Source of the DNA: Pyrobaculum calidifontis JCM 11548
GTDB taxonomy: Archaea; Thermoproteota; Thermoprotei; Thermoproteales; Thermoproteaceae
Direction: 5' to 3'
Length of the DNA stretch: 32,000 nt
NCBI RefSeq assembly: GCF_000015805.1
Contig: NC_009073.1
Span: forward strand, 1,530,001 to 1,562,000
Part shown: positions 7,191 to 15,256 of the stretch, one piece after another
How the letters are laid out: each line of letters opens with the position of its first letter
Numbering within the stretch: position 1 is the first letter of the stretch
Made by a program: the position numbers and the translations under genes
Notes under the pieces: model-generated
What the model saw: only the letters and a program-made list of their open reading frames with translations
Database searches by the model: none
What the model was told of the DNA's origin: nothing

Positions 7191-9590
7191 GTGGTCTCCA
7201 AATTGCCCACTAGGTGGGACATACGTTGGGAGGAGGAGCTAATAGCCACATGGGAGAAAGAGGGGCGCTTCAAGACCAAGGTTAGGGGGGATAGGCCGGT
7301 GTTTGTAATAGACACGCCGCCGCCCTATCTGTCTAGCAATAGACCCCACATAGGCCAGACGGCGTCGTACGCCCACTTCGACATGATTGCGAGATTTCTC
7401 AGAATGAGGGGAGTCGACGTGGTTTTCCCCTTCTACCTCGACAGAAACGGCCTCCCCATAGAGGTGCAGGTGGAGAAGAAGTACGGCATCGTCGCGCATG
7501 AAGTGCCCAGGGAGCAGTTCATAAAGCTGTGTAAAGAGGAGCTGGACCGCTACGAGGGCGAGTTTGTCTCGTCGCTTAGGAGGTGGGGCCTCTCCTTCGA
7601 CTACTGGCCGCAGGGGACCGACAGCCCGGAGTACCGGAGGATGACGCAGAAGACCTTCATAGATCTGTGGCACAGGGGGTTGGTGTACGAGGCGGAGCGG
7701 CCTACCCCCTGGTGTCCACGTTGCCGCACCGCCCTAGCCGAGCCGGAGATAGAGTACAAGGAGGAGGAGACCTACCTCAACTACATAAAGTTCAGGGTCA
7801 AGGAGACCGGCGAGGACATAGTCATAGCCACGACGAGGCCTGAGCTACTTCCAGCCACAGTCGCCGTCATATTCCACCCAGAGGATGACAGGTATAAACG
7901 CCTCGAGGGCCTGCACGCGGTTGTGCCGCCCGAGGGGCAGGTAGTCCCCATTCTCCCCCACAGAGCCGCCAATCCGAAGTTCGGCACAGGGCTTGTCATG
8001 ATATCCACCTTCGGCGACACTAGAGACCTAATGATAGTGAACGAGCTCAAGTTGCCCATCCGGATCGTGGTAGACGAGGCGGGGAGAATAAAGGAGGGTC
8101 GGTACGCGGGGCTCACAGTGAGAGAAGCAAGGGCGAAGATAGTCGAAGACCTAAAGAGAGAGGGCCTCTTGGTTAAACAAGAGAGGCTTGTCCACAACGT
8201 GCCGGTGTGTTGGCGCTGTAAGACTCCGCTTGAAATTATTGTAACAAGGGAGCTCTTCATAAGGCAGGTGGAATTCAAGGAAAAACTGGTAGAGCTGGCC
8301 CAGAGAATGGAGTTTAAGCCGCCTGAGTACCGCCAAGTCTTAATAGACTGGATACGCTCCCTCGAGCTAGATTGGCCAGTGTCCCGGAGGAGGTACTATG
8401 CCACCGAGATACCCATCTGGTGGTGTATAAAGCCAAATGGGGAACGCGTGCCCATTTTGCCAAAGGGCGGAGAGTACTACGTGCCTTGGAGACAGGAGCC
8501 GCCGCCGGAGGTAAAGGAGCAGTGCAAAGACGGCGTGCTCGAGGGCGACACCCGCGTCTTTGACACGTGGATGGACTCCTCCATCTCCTGGATGTACGCC
8601 TCGGGAGTCACCAAGGAGTTCAACGTCTTCCCCAAGGTCTACCCCCACTCCATCATGAGGCCGCAGGGCTACGACATTATTAGGACGTGGCTCTACTACT
8701 CGCTACTAAGGGCATTCCTACTATTCGGCGACATACCCTTCAAGTACGTGAGAATAAACGGCATGGGGCTAGACGAGAAGGGCGAGGCCATGCACAAGTC
8801 GAAGGGGAATGTGATCGACCTCCTAGCCCCAGTGGAGAAATACGGCGCAGACGCGGTGAGGTTCTGGGCGGCTGCCGCGGGCAAACTTGGCAGCGACTAC
8901 CGGTACAACGAAAACGTAATACGGGAGGGAAAGGAGTTTGTGACAAAGGTCTGGAACATCGCCCGCTTCGTCACCTCGTTCCCAAAGCCGCAGGGAACGC
9001 CCAGCCTCACCCCAGTGGACAAGGCAATTTTGGCCAAGCTATACGACGTGGCCAAGAGGGCCATAGCCGCCTACAGCGACTTCGACGTATACGAGCCGGC
9101 GCACCTCCTCTACAACTTCATCTGGCACGAATTCGCAGACCACTACATCGAACTGGCGAAGTCCAGGGCGTACAACAGAGGCGGCGAATTCGCCAAAGAA
9201 GAACAGGAGGCGGCAATTTACACGCTTCACACAGTCATGGCGTACAGCTTCAAACTACTGGCCCCAATAATGCCCTTTGTCACAGATAAAATCTGGAGAG
9301 AGGTCTACGGCCGCTCAATACACGACGAGGCGATAGAAGACCCGCCCGAGGCGTGGCGGGAGGGCGACGCCCAGCTATTCGACATGGTGAAGGCGATAAA
9401 CAGCGCAGTGTGGCGCTACAAGAACAGGAAGGGGCTCAGTCTGGCAGACCCCCTGGACAGGCCGCTCTGCGTCCCCGAAAAGGCGCTAGCCGCCTCGAAA
9501 GACCTCAAGTATACGCATAAGGTGCCCGAGGTAAAAGCCGGCCCCTGCAAAGAGCCAATAGACGAGGAAGGCCTCGCCTCCCTCGACTGA
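7191..9590 (+). CDS. valS: Valyl-tRNA synthetase (class I aaRS)
   Basis: 799 aa. It has the archaeal ValRS-type N-terminus ...PVFVIDTPPPY, a HIGH-region variant PHIGQ, an editing-domain insertion, DTWMDSS, and a KMSKS-region variant MHKSKGN. The size is too small for IleRS or LeuRS. Confidence 0.8.
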   Translation: MVSKLPTRWDIRWEEELIATWEKEGRFKTKVRGDRPVFVIDTPPPYLSSNRPHIGQTASYAHFDMIARFLRMRGVDVVFPFYLDRNGLPIEVQVEKKYGIVAHEVPREQFIKLCKEELDRYEGEFVSSLRRWGLSFDYWPQGTDSPEYRRMTQKTFIDLWHRGLVYEAERPTPWCPRCRTALAEPEIEYKEEETYLNYIKFRVKETGEDIVIATTRPELLPATVAVIFHPEDDRYKRLEGLHAVVPPEGQVVPILPHRAANPKFGTGLVMISTFGDTRDLMIVNELKLPIRIVVDEAGRIKEGRYAGLTVREARAKIVEDLKREGLLVKQERLVHNVPVCWRCKTPLEIIVTRELFIRQVEFKEKLVELAQRMEFKPPEYRQVLIDWIRSLELDWPVSRRRYYATEIPIWWCIKPNGERVPILPKGGEYYVPWRQEPPPEVKEQCKDGVLEGDTRVFDTWMDSSISWMYASGVTKEFNVFPKVYPHSIMRPQGYDIIRTWLYYSLLRAFLLFGDIPFKYVRINGMGLDEKGEAMHKSKGNVIDLLAPVEKYGADAVRFWAAAAGKLGSDYRYNENVIREGKEFVTKVWNIARFVTSFPKPQGTPSLTPVDKAILAKLYDVAKRAIAAYSDFDVYEPAHLLYNFIWHEFADHYIELAKSRAYNRGGEFAKEEQEAAIYTLHTVMAYSFKLLAPIMPFVTDKIWREVYGRSIHDEAIEDPPEAWREGDAQLFDMVKAINSAVWRYKNRKGLSLADPLDRPLCVPEKALAASKDLKYTHKVPEVKAGPCKEPIDEEGLASLD

Positions 9591-9611
9591 CTCTGCGAAA
9601 AGGGCAGTAGG

Positions 9612-11885
9612 TTACACTATGCCGCGGACCTTCGGTATTTCAAGAACGGGCGAAGCGCCGCCGCCTTTGAGCACATGCTCTAAAATCCTCGCGGCGTTCC
9701 GCCTCGACAGCATCTTGTTGTTGTTGCCGCAGTAGGGGGAGAAGACGCACTTTGGGCATCCGTCGACGCAGTCGCAGCCCTTCACTATCTTGTACGCCAC
9801 CTCGGCGACGCGCCTAAAGTTCTTTAAGAGGAGTCTAGAGGTGCCGTTGCCTCCCACGTGGGAGTCGTATATGACTATGACGCCGTCCGGGTAGCTTATG
9901 CCGCCTAGATCGGTCTTCGCCGAGCCTATTGCGATCTCGGCCGCAGATATTAGGACGTGCTCAGTGGCGTGGTACCCCTTGGCCCGCGCCTCCCAGTCCA
10001 AGGCCTCCTCAGACGTGAAGCGCACCAGGGGCATGTACAACACGACGCCCTTGGTCTCAAACTCGTAGGAGAGAGGCTCTATGGGGTACTCGCCCAGCGT
10101 CTCCTCAGTTGTAAACCGCTTTAAGGCGTAGCCGTGCACCGTGATCCTAATTTTAAGACGCCCGTACTGATAGCGGACGCCCTCCACAGAGCCCTCCTCT
10201 ACAACCTCCACGAGCTCGGGATCCATGTCCTCGAGGGCTTGAGTGACCAAGTCCTCGGCGTCCACAGGCTCCACGATTGCGACTCTCTTCGTCAAGTCGA
10301 GGGACTTGGACACGTAGGTCCTCCCGCCGTGCATGTATATGGCCTCTGGGTGAAGCTCGTAGAGGGCGAGGGGCAACTCCCTCTCCCCCAGCGTCCTTCC
10401 ATCCACAGTCTTTATCTTTACGACGTGGGGCGACCCCCTCAGGCTGAGGGAGCTCAACGCCTCCCTCCCCGCTGGGGTTATGCGCAAGTAGTTGCCCACC
10501 TTGGCCAAGTAGCCCTTCGCCAGGAGGGACTCCGCCAGCTCTTTCTCAAAATTGCTCAACTCGCTGAGCCGTAGGGGCATGTCGGAGGCCGCCGCCAAGA
10601 GGTGGAGGGCTGCGACGTCCTCGTTCTCTTTCTCAAAGCCAAGCGGCTCCGGCGCTCTTGCAAAAAACTCGTGGGGGTAGTTGCGGTAGTACTGGGAGAT
10701 GGGGTCGTTGCCAAGTATCTGTACAACGTAGCCCGTCTGCCCGCGCCGCCCCACTCGCCCGACGCGCTGTAGGTAGCGGTTGTAGGAAGGCGGTATGGAG
10801 GCTAGAACTGCCACATCCACGTCGCCTATGTCTACGCCCAGCTCTAAGGTGGGCGTAGATATCACCACGTCGATTTCCCCCCTCTTAAAGGCGTCTTCCA
10901 CACGCCTCCTCTCCTCTGCGTCTAGCCCAGCCCTGTGCACCGCCACTCTTTCGCCGTAGCCCCCCATCTTCAACGCCCTGTAGATAACCTCGCTGTATCT
11001 GTGGCTGTCCGTAAACACGAGACACTTCACCCCCTCCTCCACACATATCGCGGCCAGCCTAGCAGCCTCAGCCCACTTAGACCTAAACCTAGGCCTAGCC
11101 AAGACCTGCACCAGCCTCCCCCGCCGCCCCAGGGGGCCGACGACTACGTTCACTCTATCGCTCTCAAACAGTGCTTGTGTAAACTCGGCTGGGTTGCCCA
11201 CGGTGGCAGAGGTGGCGATATACACAGGCCTGGAAAACCGCCGCAGGCGCCGAAGTAGGTAGTACATATGTGAGCCAAAGACTCCCCCGTACACGTGGAA
11301 GTCGTCGAGGACTAGGTATCTAACCCTTTTCACAAGCTCTCTGAACTTAGCCACATGCATGAGGGCTTGGCTAACCATGTCTGGGTTTGACACAATGATG
11401 TGGGGAGGTGAGTCGTACAATATCCTCCTCTCCCTCTGGGGGGTGTCCCCGTCGTAAACCATGACTCTCACCCCCAGCCGGTCGGCGAATCTCCTAAGCC
11501 TAGACAACTGATCTCGAGCAAGGGCCTTGGTGGGGTAGAGGACAAGCGCGACGGGCCCCCCGAGAGATTCAAGAGAGGCCTCTAGTATGGGGGCCAGGAA
11601 GGCCTCGGTCTTCCCCATGCCGGTGCCCGCGACAATTACCGTGTCTCTCCCCGCCCTTATGCTCACAACTGCGTCATACTGATGACGGTAGAGAGAGGAA
11701 ATCCCCAGCGACTTAAACGCCTGCGCCACCTCAGCCCTAAGCACCTCCCCCACGTCACAACAGGGCTCCACTCTCTCAGCCTCGTCAGTCTTCACATACA
11801 CCACCTCCCTCCCTGGGTCCTCTAATACCTTTCTCAAAAATGACACGTCACCGGCTCCGTAGTGCATATAAAAGAGTAAGCGCAA
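9612..11885 (-). CDS. Superfamily-2 DEAD/DEAH-like helicase with a C-terminal DUF1998/MrfA-type Cys-cluster domain (COG1205-like)
   Basis: Motif I AGTGMGKT, motif II LVLDDFH, motif III TSAT and motif VI QRVGRVGRRG are present. The C-terminus reads GCDCVDGCPKCVFSPYCGNNNK. The annotated start overlaps the upstream MFS gene by 38 nt, and GTG at 11846 is an alternative start. Confidence 0.85.
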   Translation of the reverse strand: MRLLFYMHYGAGDVSFLRKVLEDPGREVVYVKTDEAERVEPCCDVGEVLRAEVAQAFKSLGISSLYRHQYDAVVSIRAGRDTVIVAGTGMGKTEAFLAPILEASLESLGGPVALVLYPTKALARDQLSRLRRFADRLGVRVMVYDGDTPQRERRILYDSPPHIIVSNPDMVSQALMHVAKFRELVKRVRYLVLDDFHVYGGVFGSHMYYLLRRLRRFSRPVYIATSATVGNPAEFTQALFESDRVNVVVGPLGRRGRLVQVLARPRFRSKWAEAARLAAICVEEGVKCLVFTDSHRYSEVIYRALKMGGYGERVAVHRAGLDAEERRRVEDAFKRGEIDVVISTPTLELGVDIGDVDVAVLASIPPSYNRYLQRVGRVGRRGQTGYVVQILGNDPISQYYRNYPHEFFARAPEPLGFEKENEDVAALHLLAAASDMPLRLSELSNFEKELAESLLAKGYLAKVGNYLRITPAGREALSSLSLRGSPHVVKIKTVDGRTLGERELPLALYELHPEAIYMHGGRTYVSKSLDLTKRVAIVEPVDAEDLVTQALEDMDPELVEVVEEGSVEGVRYQYGRLKIRITVHGYALKRFTTEETLGEYPIEPLSYEFETKGVVLYMPLVRFTSEEALDWEARAKGYHATEHVLISAAEIAIGSAKTDLGGISYPDGVIVIYDSHVGGNGTSRLLLKNFRRVAEVAYKIVKGCDCVDGCPKCVFSPYCGNNNKMLSRRNAARILEHVLKGGGASPVLEIPKVRGIV

Positions 11886-12957
11886 CTACGTTAGCCAAGA
11901 GGAGGAAAGGCATGAGTTGCAACGCGGAGAAGCCAGCTCTCTCCACGACCCACCCCGCGGCCGCGGGGCCCACAATGGAGCCGAAGTCCCACCCCATTGT
12001 GTAGACGGCGGAGGACAGGCCTGCGGCTCTGCTACCCGCAAGCGCCAAGACTTGGTACGTGATCACCACGGCGCCCTGGCCCAGGCCGTAGATCACGCCG
12101 GCAAGCACAAAGGAGGGGAGATCCTCGGCCAACGTCGCCAGGTACAGCCCCACCGAGGCCGCCGCAGTGGCCACGGCCGCCACGGCGTAGTTTATGTGGC
12201 TGGGACTCCGCGCTAAGAAGACGCGCGGGATGAGGCTAGCCACCGCGGCTGTGGACGAGAAAGCGCCCCAAAACGCAATGGGAAGTCCCCTGTCTTTCAA
12301 CTTCACTGGCACAAAGGTGGAGATACTCATGTAGGTTATTGCAAAGACTGTTAGCAGTAGCATAAACGTCAGTACCCTCCGCTCCAGGCGCCCGCCAATG
12401 CTCGTCCCTGTGCGACTCGGCGGAGGAGCTCTCCCTATCAACACAGAATTTACCCCATGCAGCGACGCGGCTAATAGAAATGAGACAGGGGCGCCGCCGG
12501 CGTCGTAGGCGAGGGAGCCGACTAGGGGCCCCAACACGTTGCCTATCCCCACAGCCAAGGAGCGGGAGGCCAAGGAACTTACGCCCTCTCTCACAGAGGC
12601 TGCAATAGAGGCTGGGAGAAAGGTGGCTATGGCGGCGCCGTGGAAAAGCCTCCCCACTACCACTGTGGCTACGTTGTGCATTAGATACATGACCTGTGCT
12701 ATTACGGCAAAGAATACGCCGAGGCGCATCAGTTTGACATATCCCACTCTGTCGCCTAAGAAGCCCCCTATCGGTCGCAATACTACAGACACGAAGAAGG
12801 CCGTGGAGACCACGGCGCCAATGGCCGCCTCGCTGGAGATACCCAAGTCCCTCAGATAGGGCGGCATAGCCACTATGGCTATTCCATTCGCCAAAAAGAA
12901 GAGGAGTGTTGCCACATTTACGGCACTTAAAAACCCCGAGGCTCCTTCGCGTGACAC
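11848..12957 (-). CDS. MFS transporter
   Basis: 369 aa with about 12 predicted hydrophobic spans. It has the MFS loop motif GGFLGDRVGY and a GTG start 24 nt downstream of the TATA at 12981-12988. Confidence 0.75.
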   Translation of the reverse strand: MSREGASGFLSAVNVATLLFFLANGIAIVAMPPYLRDLGISSEAAIGAVVSTAFFVSVVLRPIGGFLGDRVGYVKLMRLGVFFAVIAQVMYLMHNVATVVVGRLFHGAAIATFLPASIAASVREGVSSLASRSLAVGIGNVLGPLVGSLAYDAGGAPVSFLLAASLHGVNSVLIGRAPPPSRTGTSIGGRLERRVLTFMLLLTVFAITYMSISTFVPVKLKDRGLPIAFWGAFSSTAAVASLIPRVFLARSPSHINYAVAAVATAAASVGLYLATLAEDLPSFVLAGVIYGLGQGAVVITYQVLALAGSRAAGLSSAVYTMGWDFGSIVGPAAAGWVVERAGFSALQLMPFLLLANVVALTLLYALRSR

Positions 12958-12980
12958 AAAACGTTAAAGTTCGTGGATAC

Positions 12981-12992
12981 TATAAAAACGCT
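12981..12992 (-). promoter_or_regulatory. Composite stop / T5 terminator / TATA junction (minus strand AGCGTTTTTATA)
   Basis: On the minus strand the TAG stop of the upstream gene is followed directly by CGTTTTTATA. The T5 run fits an archaeal oligo-T terminator. TTTTTATA lies 24 nt upstream of the MFS GTG at 12957. The same 12-mer recurs at 25884-25895. Confidence 0.45.
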
Positions 12993-13485
12993 ACAGCTTG
13001 TACTTAGTGACCTCTCTCAGGAAGCGCTTACGCTCCTCCCGGTCTGCCTCAGTCTCCACGCCCAGCGGCGAGTGGCCGTCGACGACGCCTATGACTCCCC
13101 TCCTCTCTGGCTCAACCTCGGCCACTATGATCTTGAGCGGGTTTGCCGTGGCGGCGAAGATTCTCACGACCTCTTGAACGTTCTTAATCGCATTTAACAC
13201 GTTGATGGGCCACGCATTCCTCAGATATATGACAAAGACGTGGCCCGCAGCGATCTTTTTACACAGGTCTATTGCGAGATTTCTCAACTCCTCGTCGTTG
13301 CCCTCGTGGCGAATTAGGCGCTTGCCGCTTGCCTCACAGAAGGCTAGGCCAAATCTCACCCCGGGCACCGAGGTCACTAGGGCCTCGTAGAGGTCTTCCA
13401 CAGTCTTTATGAAGTGCGCCTGGCCCACAATGACGTTGCAGCCCTGGGGGATGGGCACATCCACCACCTCCAATTTTATAGACAT
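12991..13485 (-). CDS. PAE2307-family protein (Pfam 'adenosine-specific kinase'/DUF355 family)
   Basis: 164 aa, [37 protein letters not shown]...FAATANPL. I recognise this as the conserved archaeal family typified by Pyrobaculum aerophilum PAE2307. The TATA (rc of 13506-13513) lies about 25 nt upstream of the ATG. Confidence 0.7.
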   Translation of the reverse strand: MSIKLEVVDVPIPQGCNVIVGQAHFIKTVEDLYEALVTSVPGVRFGLAFCEASGKRLIRHEGNDEELRNLAIDLCKKIAAGHVFVIYLRNAWPINVLNAIKNVQEVVRIFAATANPLKIIVAEVEPERRGVIGVVDGHSPLGVETEADREERKRFLREVTKYKL

Positions 13486-13515
13486 AGAGAGTTAAACGCA
13501 GAGGGTTTTATACTT

Positions 13516-13748
13516 AACCGACCTCCTCCTCCGACCTGAGTTCCCCAGGTGGCGGACTATCAGCTCTCATCGGTCGTGGTCTCATCCGCCACCTGGGGGC
13601 CGTCGGGAAGGCCGAGCTCTCCCCATGCGCGGGGGCGACCTCTAGGCGACAGCCCATCTGCACCTAGGACGGGAAAGTAGTGATCAACTTGGTGAGCGCC
13701 GCACGGGGCAACTTAGTCATGCTCGCAGTCATGTTGGCTGTGTCGGTT
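13516..13748 (+). ncRNA. Structured GC-rich non-coding RNA candidate; best guess a minimal (type T-like) RNase P RNA. Class and strand are not proven.
   Basis: It lies in the largest non-coding gap of the window and has no ORF. A terminal helix pairs AACCGAC (13516-22) with GUCGGUU (13742-48). A 14-bp perfect hairpin pairs 13543-56 with 13585-98. Immediately 3' of the hairpin, GGGAAGGCCGAGCUC resembles the universal CR-I string GAGGAAAGUCCGGGCUC. The 3' string GCAGUCAUGUUGGCUGU resembles CR-V ACAGAANNNGGCUUA. AAGGCCGA (13608-15) can pair with UUGGCUGU (13734-41) as a P4-like long-range helix. Confidence 0.4.
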
Positions 13749-13781
13749 CAATGAAAATAAGGTGCTTGAAGCGGAATTAGA

Positions 13782-13796
13782 TTTTTATATCTATAA
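13782..13796 (+). promoter_or_regulatory. fur-like gene promoter: TATA box TTTTTATAT overlapping the inverted repeat TTATA-tc-TATAA
   Basis: The TATA is centred about 26 nt upstream of ATG 13812, implying a leaderless transcript. The 5+5 inverted repeat at 13785-13796 overlaps it and is a candidate autoregulatory operator. This is inference only. Confidence 0.4.
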
Positions 13797-13811
13797 GGAG
13801 TATTGTGAATT

Positions 13812-14207
13812 ATGGAGACGGCACAGCTCGTCGCCACGCTAAAGGAGAAGGGATACCGCGTCACGCCGCAGAGACTTGAGGTAATAAACATTGTTCTGGA
13901 GAAGCTCGCCAAGAAGGAGCACCCATCTTTCAACGACATATTGAACGAGGTTAAGCAGAAGATGCCGTCGATAAGCGTCAGCACGGTGTACTCCATTTTG
14001 AAGTTGCTTGAGGAGACCGGCGTCGTTGTGTCGTTTGAGCACAACGGGAGGACGTACTACGACAGCGTAACGCCCCATGTAAATGTGGTGTGTGTAAATA
14101 GCAACAAGATCCTCGACTTAGACGGCGGTGAGGTGGTGGAGGCCCTTAAGAGGGCCGGGGTCTACCCCACTTCTATCCTCGTCAAAGGCATTTGCCGTGA
14201 GGTATAG
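13812..14207 (+). CDS. Fur-family transcriptional regulator (metal-site residues largely missing)
   Basis: The N-terminal wHTH pattern ...GYRVTPQRLEVINIVLE...HPSFNDILNEV...ISVSTVYSILKLLEETGVV is typical of Fur/Zur/PerR. The C-terminal dimerisation region lacks the His-rich and paired CxxC motifs. Confidence 0.75.
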   Translation: METAQLVATLKEKGYRVTPQRLEVINIVLEKLAKKEHPSFNDILNEVKQKMPSISVSTVYSILKLLEETGVVVSFEHNGRTYYDSVTPHVNVVCVNSNKILDLDGGEVVEALKRAGVYPTSILVKGICREV

Positions 14208-15114
14208 GGCCTACGGGGATCTCCGCATATCTGAGATTGGGTTCGGCGCGTGGGTGTTCGACGAGATGTACGGCGTGGCGGATTTCGACGAGGCGCGAAG
14301 ACTCGTGGAAAAGGCCATAGACCTGGGGATAAACTTCTTCGACACAGCGGACGTATACGGCAGGGGGAGGAGCGAGGAGTACCTCGGCCGCCTCTTGGCG
14401 GGCAGAGAGGGAGTGTACATAGCCACCAAGGTGGGGTACGACTTTTACTCAAGCCAAAAGCCAGTTAGGAGATACGACGAGGAGTATCTGGAATATGCCG
14501 CAGAGATGTCCGTGAGGAGGCTGGGAAGGAGGCCCGACGTTCTCCAGATCCACAACGCCCCCAGCGACGTGTTGAAGAGGGGGGCTGGGCTGAGGCTAAA
14601 GGGGCGCTTCGCCAAATACGTCGGCGCCGCCCTCGGCCCAGAGACCGATGTCCTAGAGGAGGGGCTGGCGGCCCTGGCGGCGGGCTACGACGCGTTGATG
14701 TTCGTCTTCAACATACTGGAGCAGGAGCCAGCGCTAACACTGATTAGACGTGGGCAAGGCAGGCTTCTCCTGGCGAGAGTGCCTCATGCCACCGATGTGC
14801 TCACCGACAGGTTTAAGCCGGAGTTTCCGCCGGGCGACCACAGGTCGTTGAGGAGCCGGGAGTGGTTGCTGAAGGCTAGGAGGCTTGTTGAAAGCGAGAT
14901 AGTGCCGCTTGCAAGAGAGCTCGGCTTAACCCTGGGGCAGTACGCGTTGAAGTTTGTCCTCTCCTACCCCATAACTTCGGTGGTGGTCACAGCGACGACT
15001 GTGGAGGAGCTTGAGGAATATGCCGAGGCCAGCGACGGGAAGCCGTTGCCGAGACACCACCTGGAAGCGCTTGAGGAGTTCTGGAAGAGGCATAGGGGGG
15101 AGTTGGCGAGTTGA
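14197..15114 (+). CDS. Aldo/keto reductase family oxidoreductase
   Basis: The ORF track gives 14128..15114. In-frame GTG at 14197 gives MRYRAYGDLRISEIGFGAW..., a canonical AKR N-terminus. The motif INFFDTADVYGRGRSEEYLG is present. The gene overlaps the Fur stop by 11 nt. Confidence 0.8.
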   Translation: MRYRAYGDLRISEIGFGAWVFDEMYGVADFDEARRLVEKAIDLGINFFDTADVYGRGRSEEYLGRLLAGREGVYIATKVGYDFYSSQKPVRRYDEEYLEYAAEMSVRRLGRRPDVLQIHNAPSDVLKRGAGLRLKGRFAKYVGAALGPETDVLEEGLAALAAGYDALMFVFNILEQEPALTLIRRGQGRLLLARVPHATDVLTDRFKPEFPPGDHRSLRSREWLLKARRLVESEIVPLARELGLTLGQYALKFVLSYPITSVVVTATTVEELEEYAEASDGKPLPRHHLEALEEFWKRHRGELAS

Positions 15115-15230
15115 CAAAGGCGCCGTCTGCTCAGTTGTGAGTTCTACGCTCATGGCTCGCCGGCGCGGTTTACTTCATCACAGAGGTGAAATCGACCGTG
15201 CTATAAGTTTTTGACGTTGGTGTAAATATT

Positions 15231-15239
15231 GATATATAG
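15231..15239 (+). promoter_or_regulatory. TATA box (GATATATAG) for the FAD oxidoreductase gene
   Basis: AT-rich box centred about 22 nt upstream of ATG 15257. Confidence 0.4.
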
Positions 15240-15256
15240 GCTACTACTGTCTCCCT

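Noticed and set aside
9612-11885. DUF1998-type helicase as part of a defence island (DISARM/Dpd-like)
   Set aside because: There is no methyltransferase, no separate DUF1998 partner, and no PLD or nuclease genes nearby. The flanks are ValRS and an MFS transporter, consistent with the widespread stand-alone COG1205 repair-type helicase.
13523-13537. CUCCUCCUCC tract (minus strand GGAGGAGGAGG), resembling an anti-Shine-Dalgarno or Shine-Dalgarno sequence, plus the direct repeat CCGACCT at 13518-24 and 13531-37
   Set aside because: On the minus strand it lies upstream of the TATA box of the leaderless PAE2307-family gene, so it cannot act as a ribosome-binding site. It is more simply explained as part of the 5' region of the putative RNA.
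13557-13584. K-turn-like string on the minus strand inside the hairpin loop: GAUG-AGAG-CUGA could form tandem G.A/A.G, U.U and G-C pairs capped by a tetraloop
   Set aside because: No canonical C-stem flanks it, because a 13-nt versus 3-nt asymmetric loop separates it from the 14-bp stem. It also sits on the strand opposite to the CR-I/CR-V-like strings. I kept it as a note only. If the RNA proves to be minus-stranded, it would deserve an L7Ae-binding test.
13514-13657. 47-codon minus-strand ORF (MGCRLEVAPAHGESSAFPTAPRWRMRPRPMRADSPPPGELRSEEEVG) inside the intergenic element
   Set aside because: Its R/P-rich low-complexity composition is typical of a random frame in GC-rich DNA. It has no promoter-proximal start and spans the 14-bp hairpin.
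13516-13748. Alternative identities for the structured intergenic element: SRP (7S) RNA, tRNA, H/ACA or C/D box sRNA
   Set aside because: About 230 nt is too short for an archaeal SRP RNA, and I find no UGUNR Alu motif and no GNAR-capped helix 8 with AGCA-type loops. No cloverleaf or T-loop with a complementary acceptor stem could be built on either strand. There are no RUGAUGA...CUGA pairs at C/D spacing. The 14-bp uninterrupted stem has no pseudouridylation pocket and is not followed by ACA.
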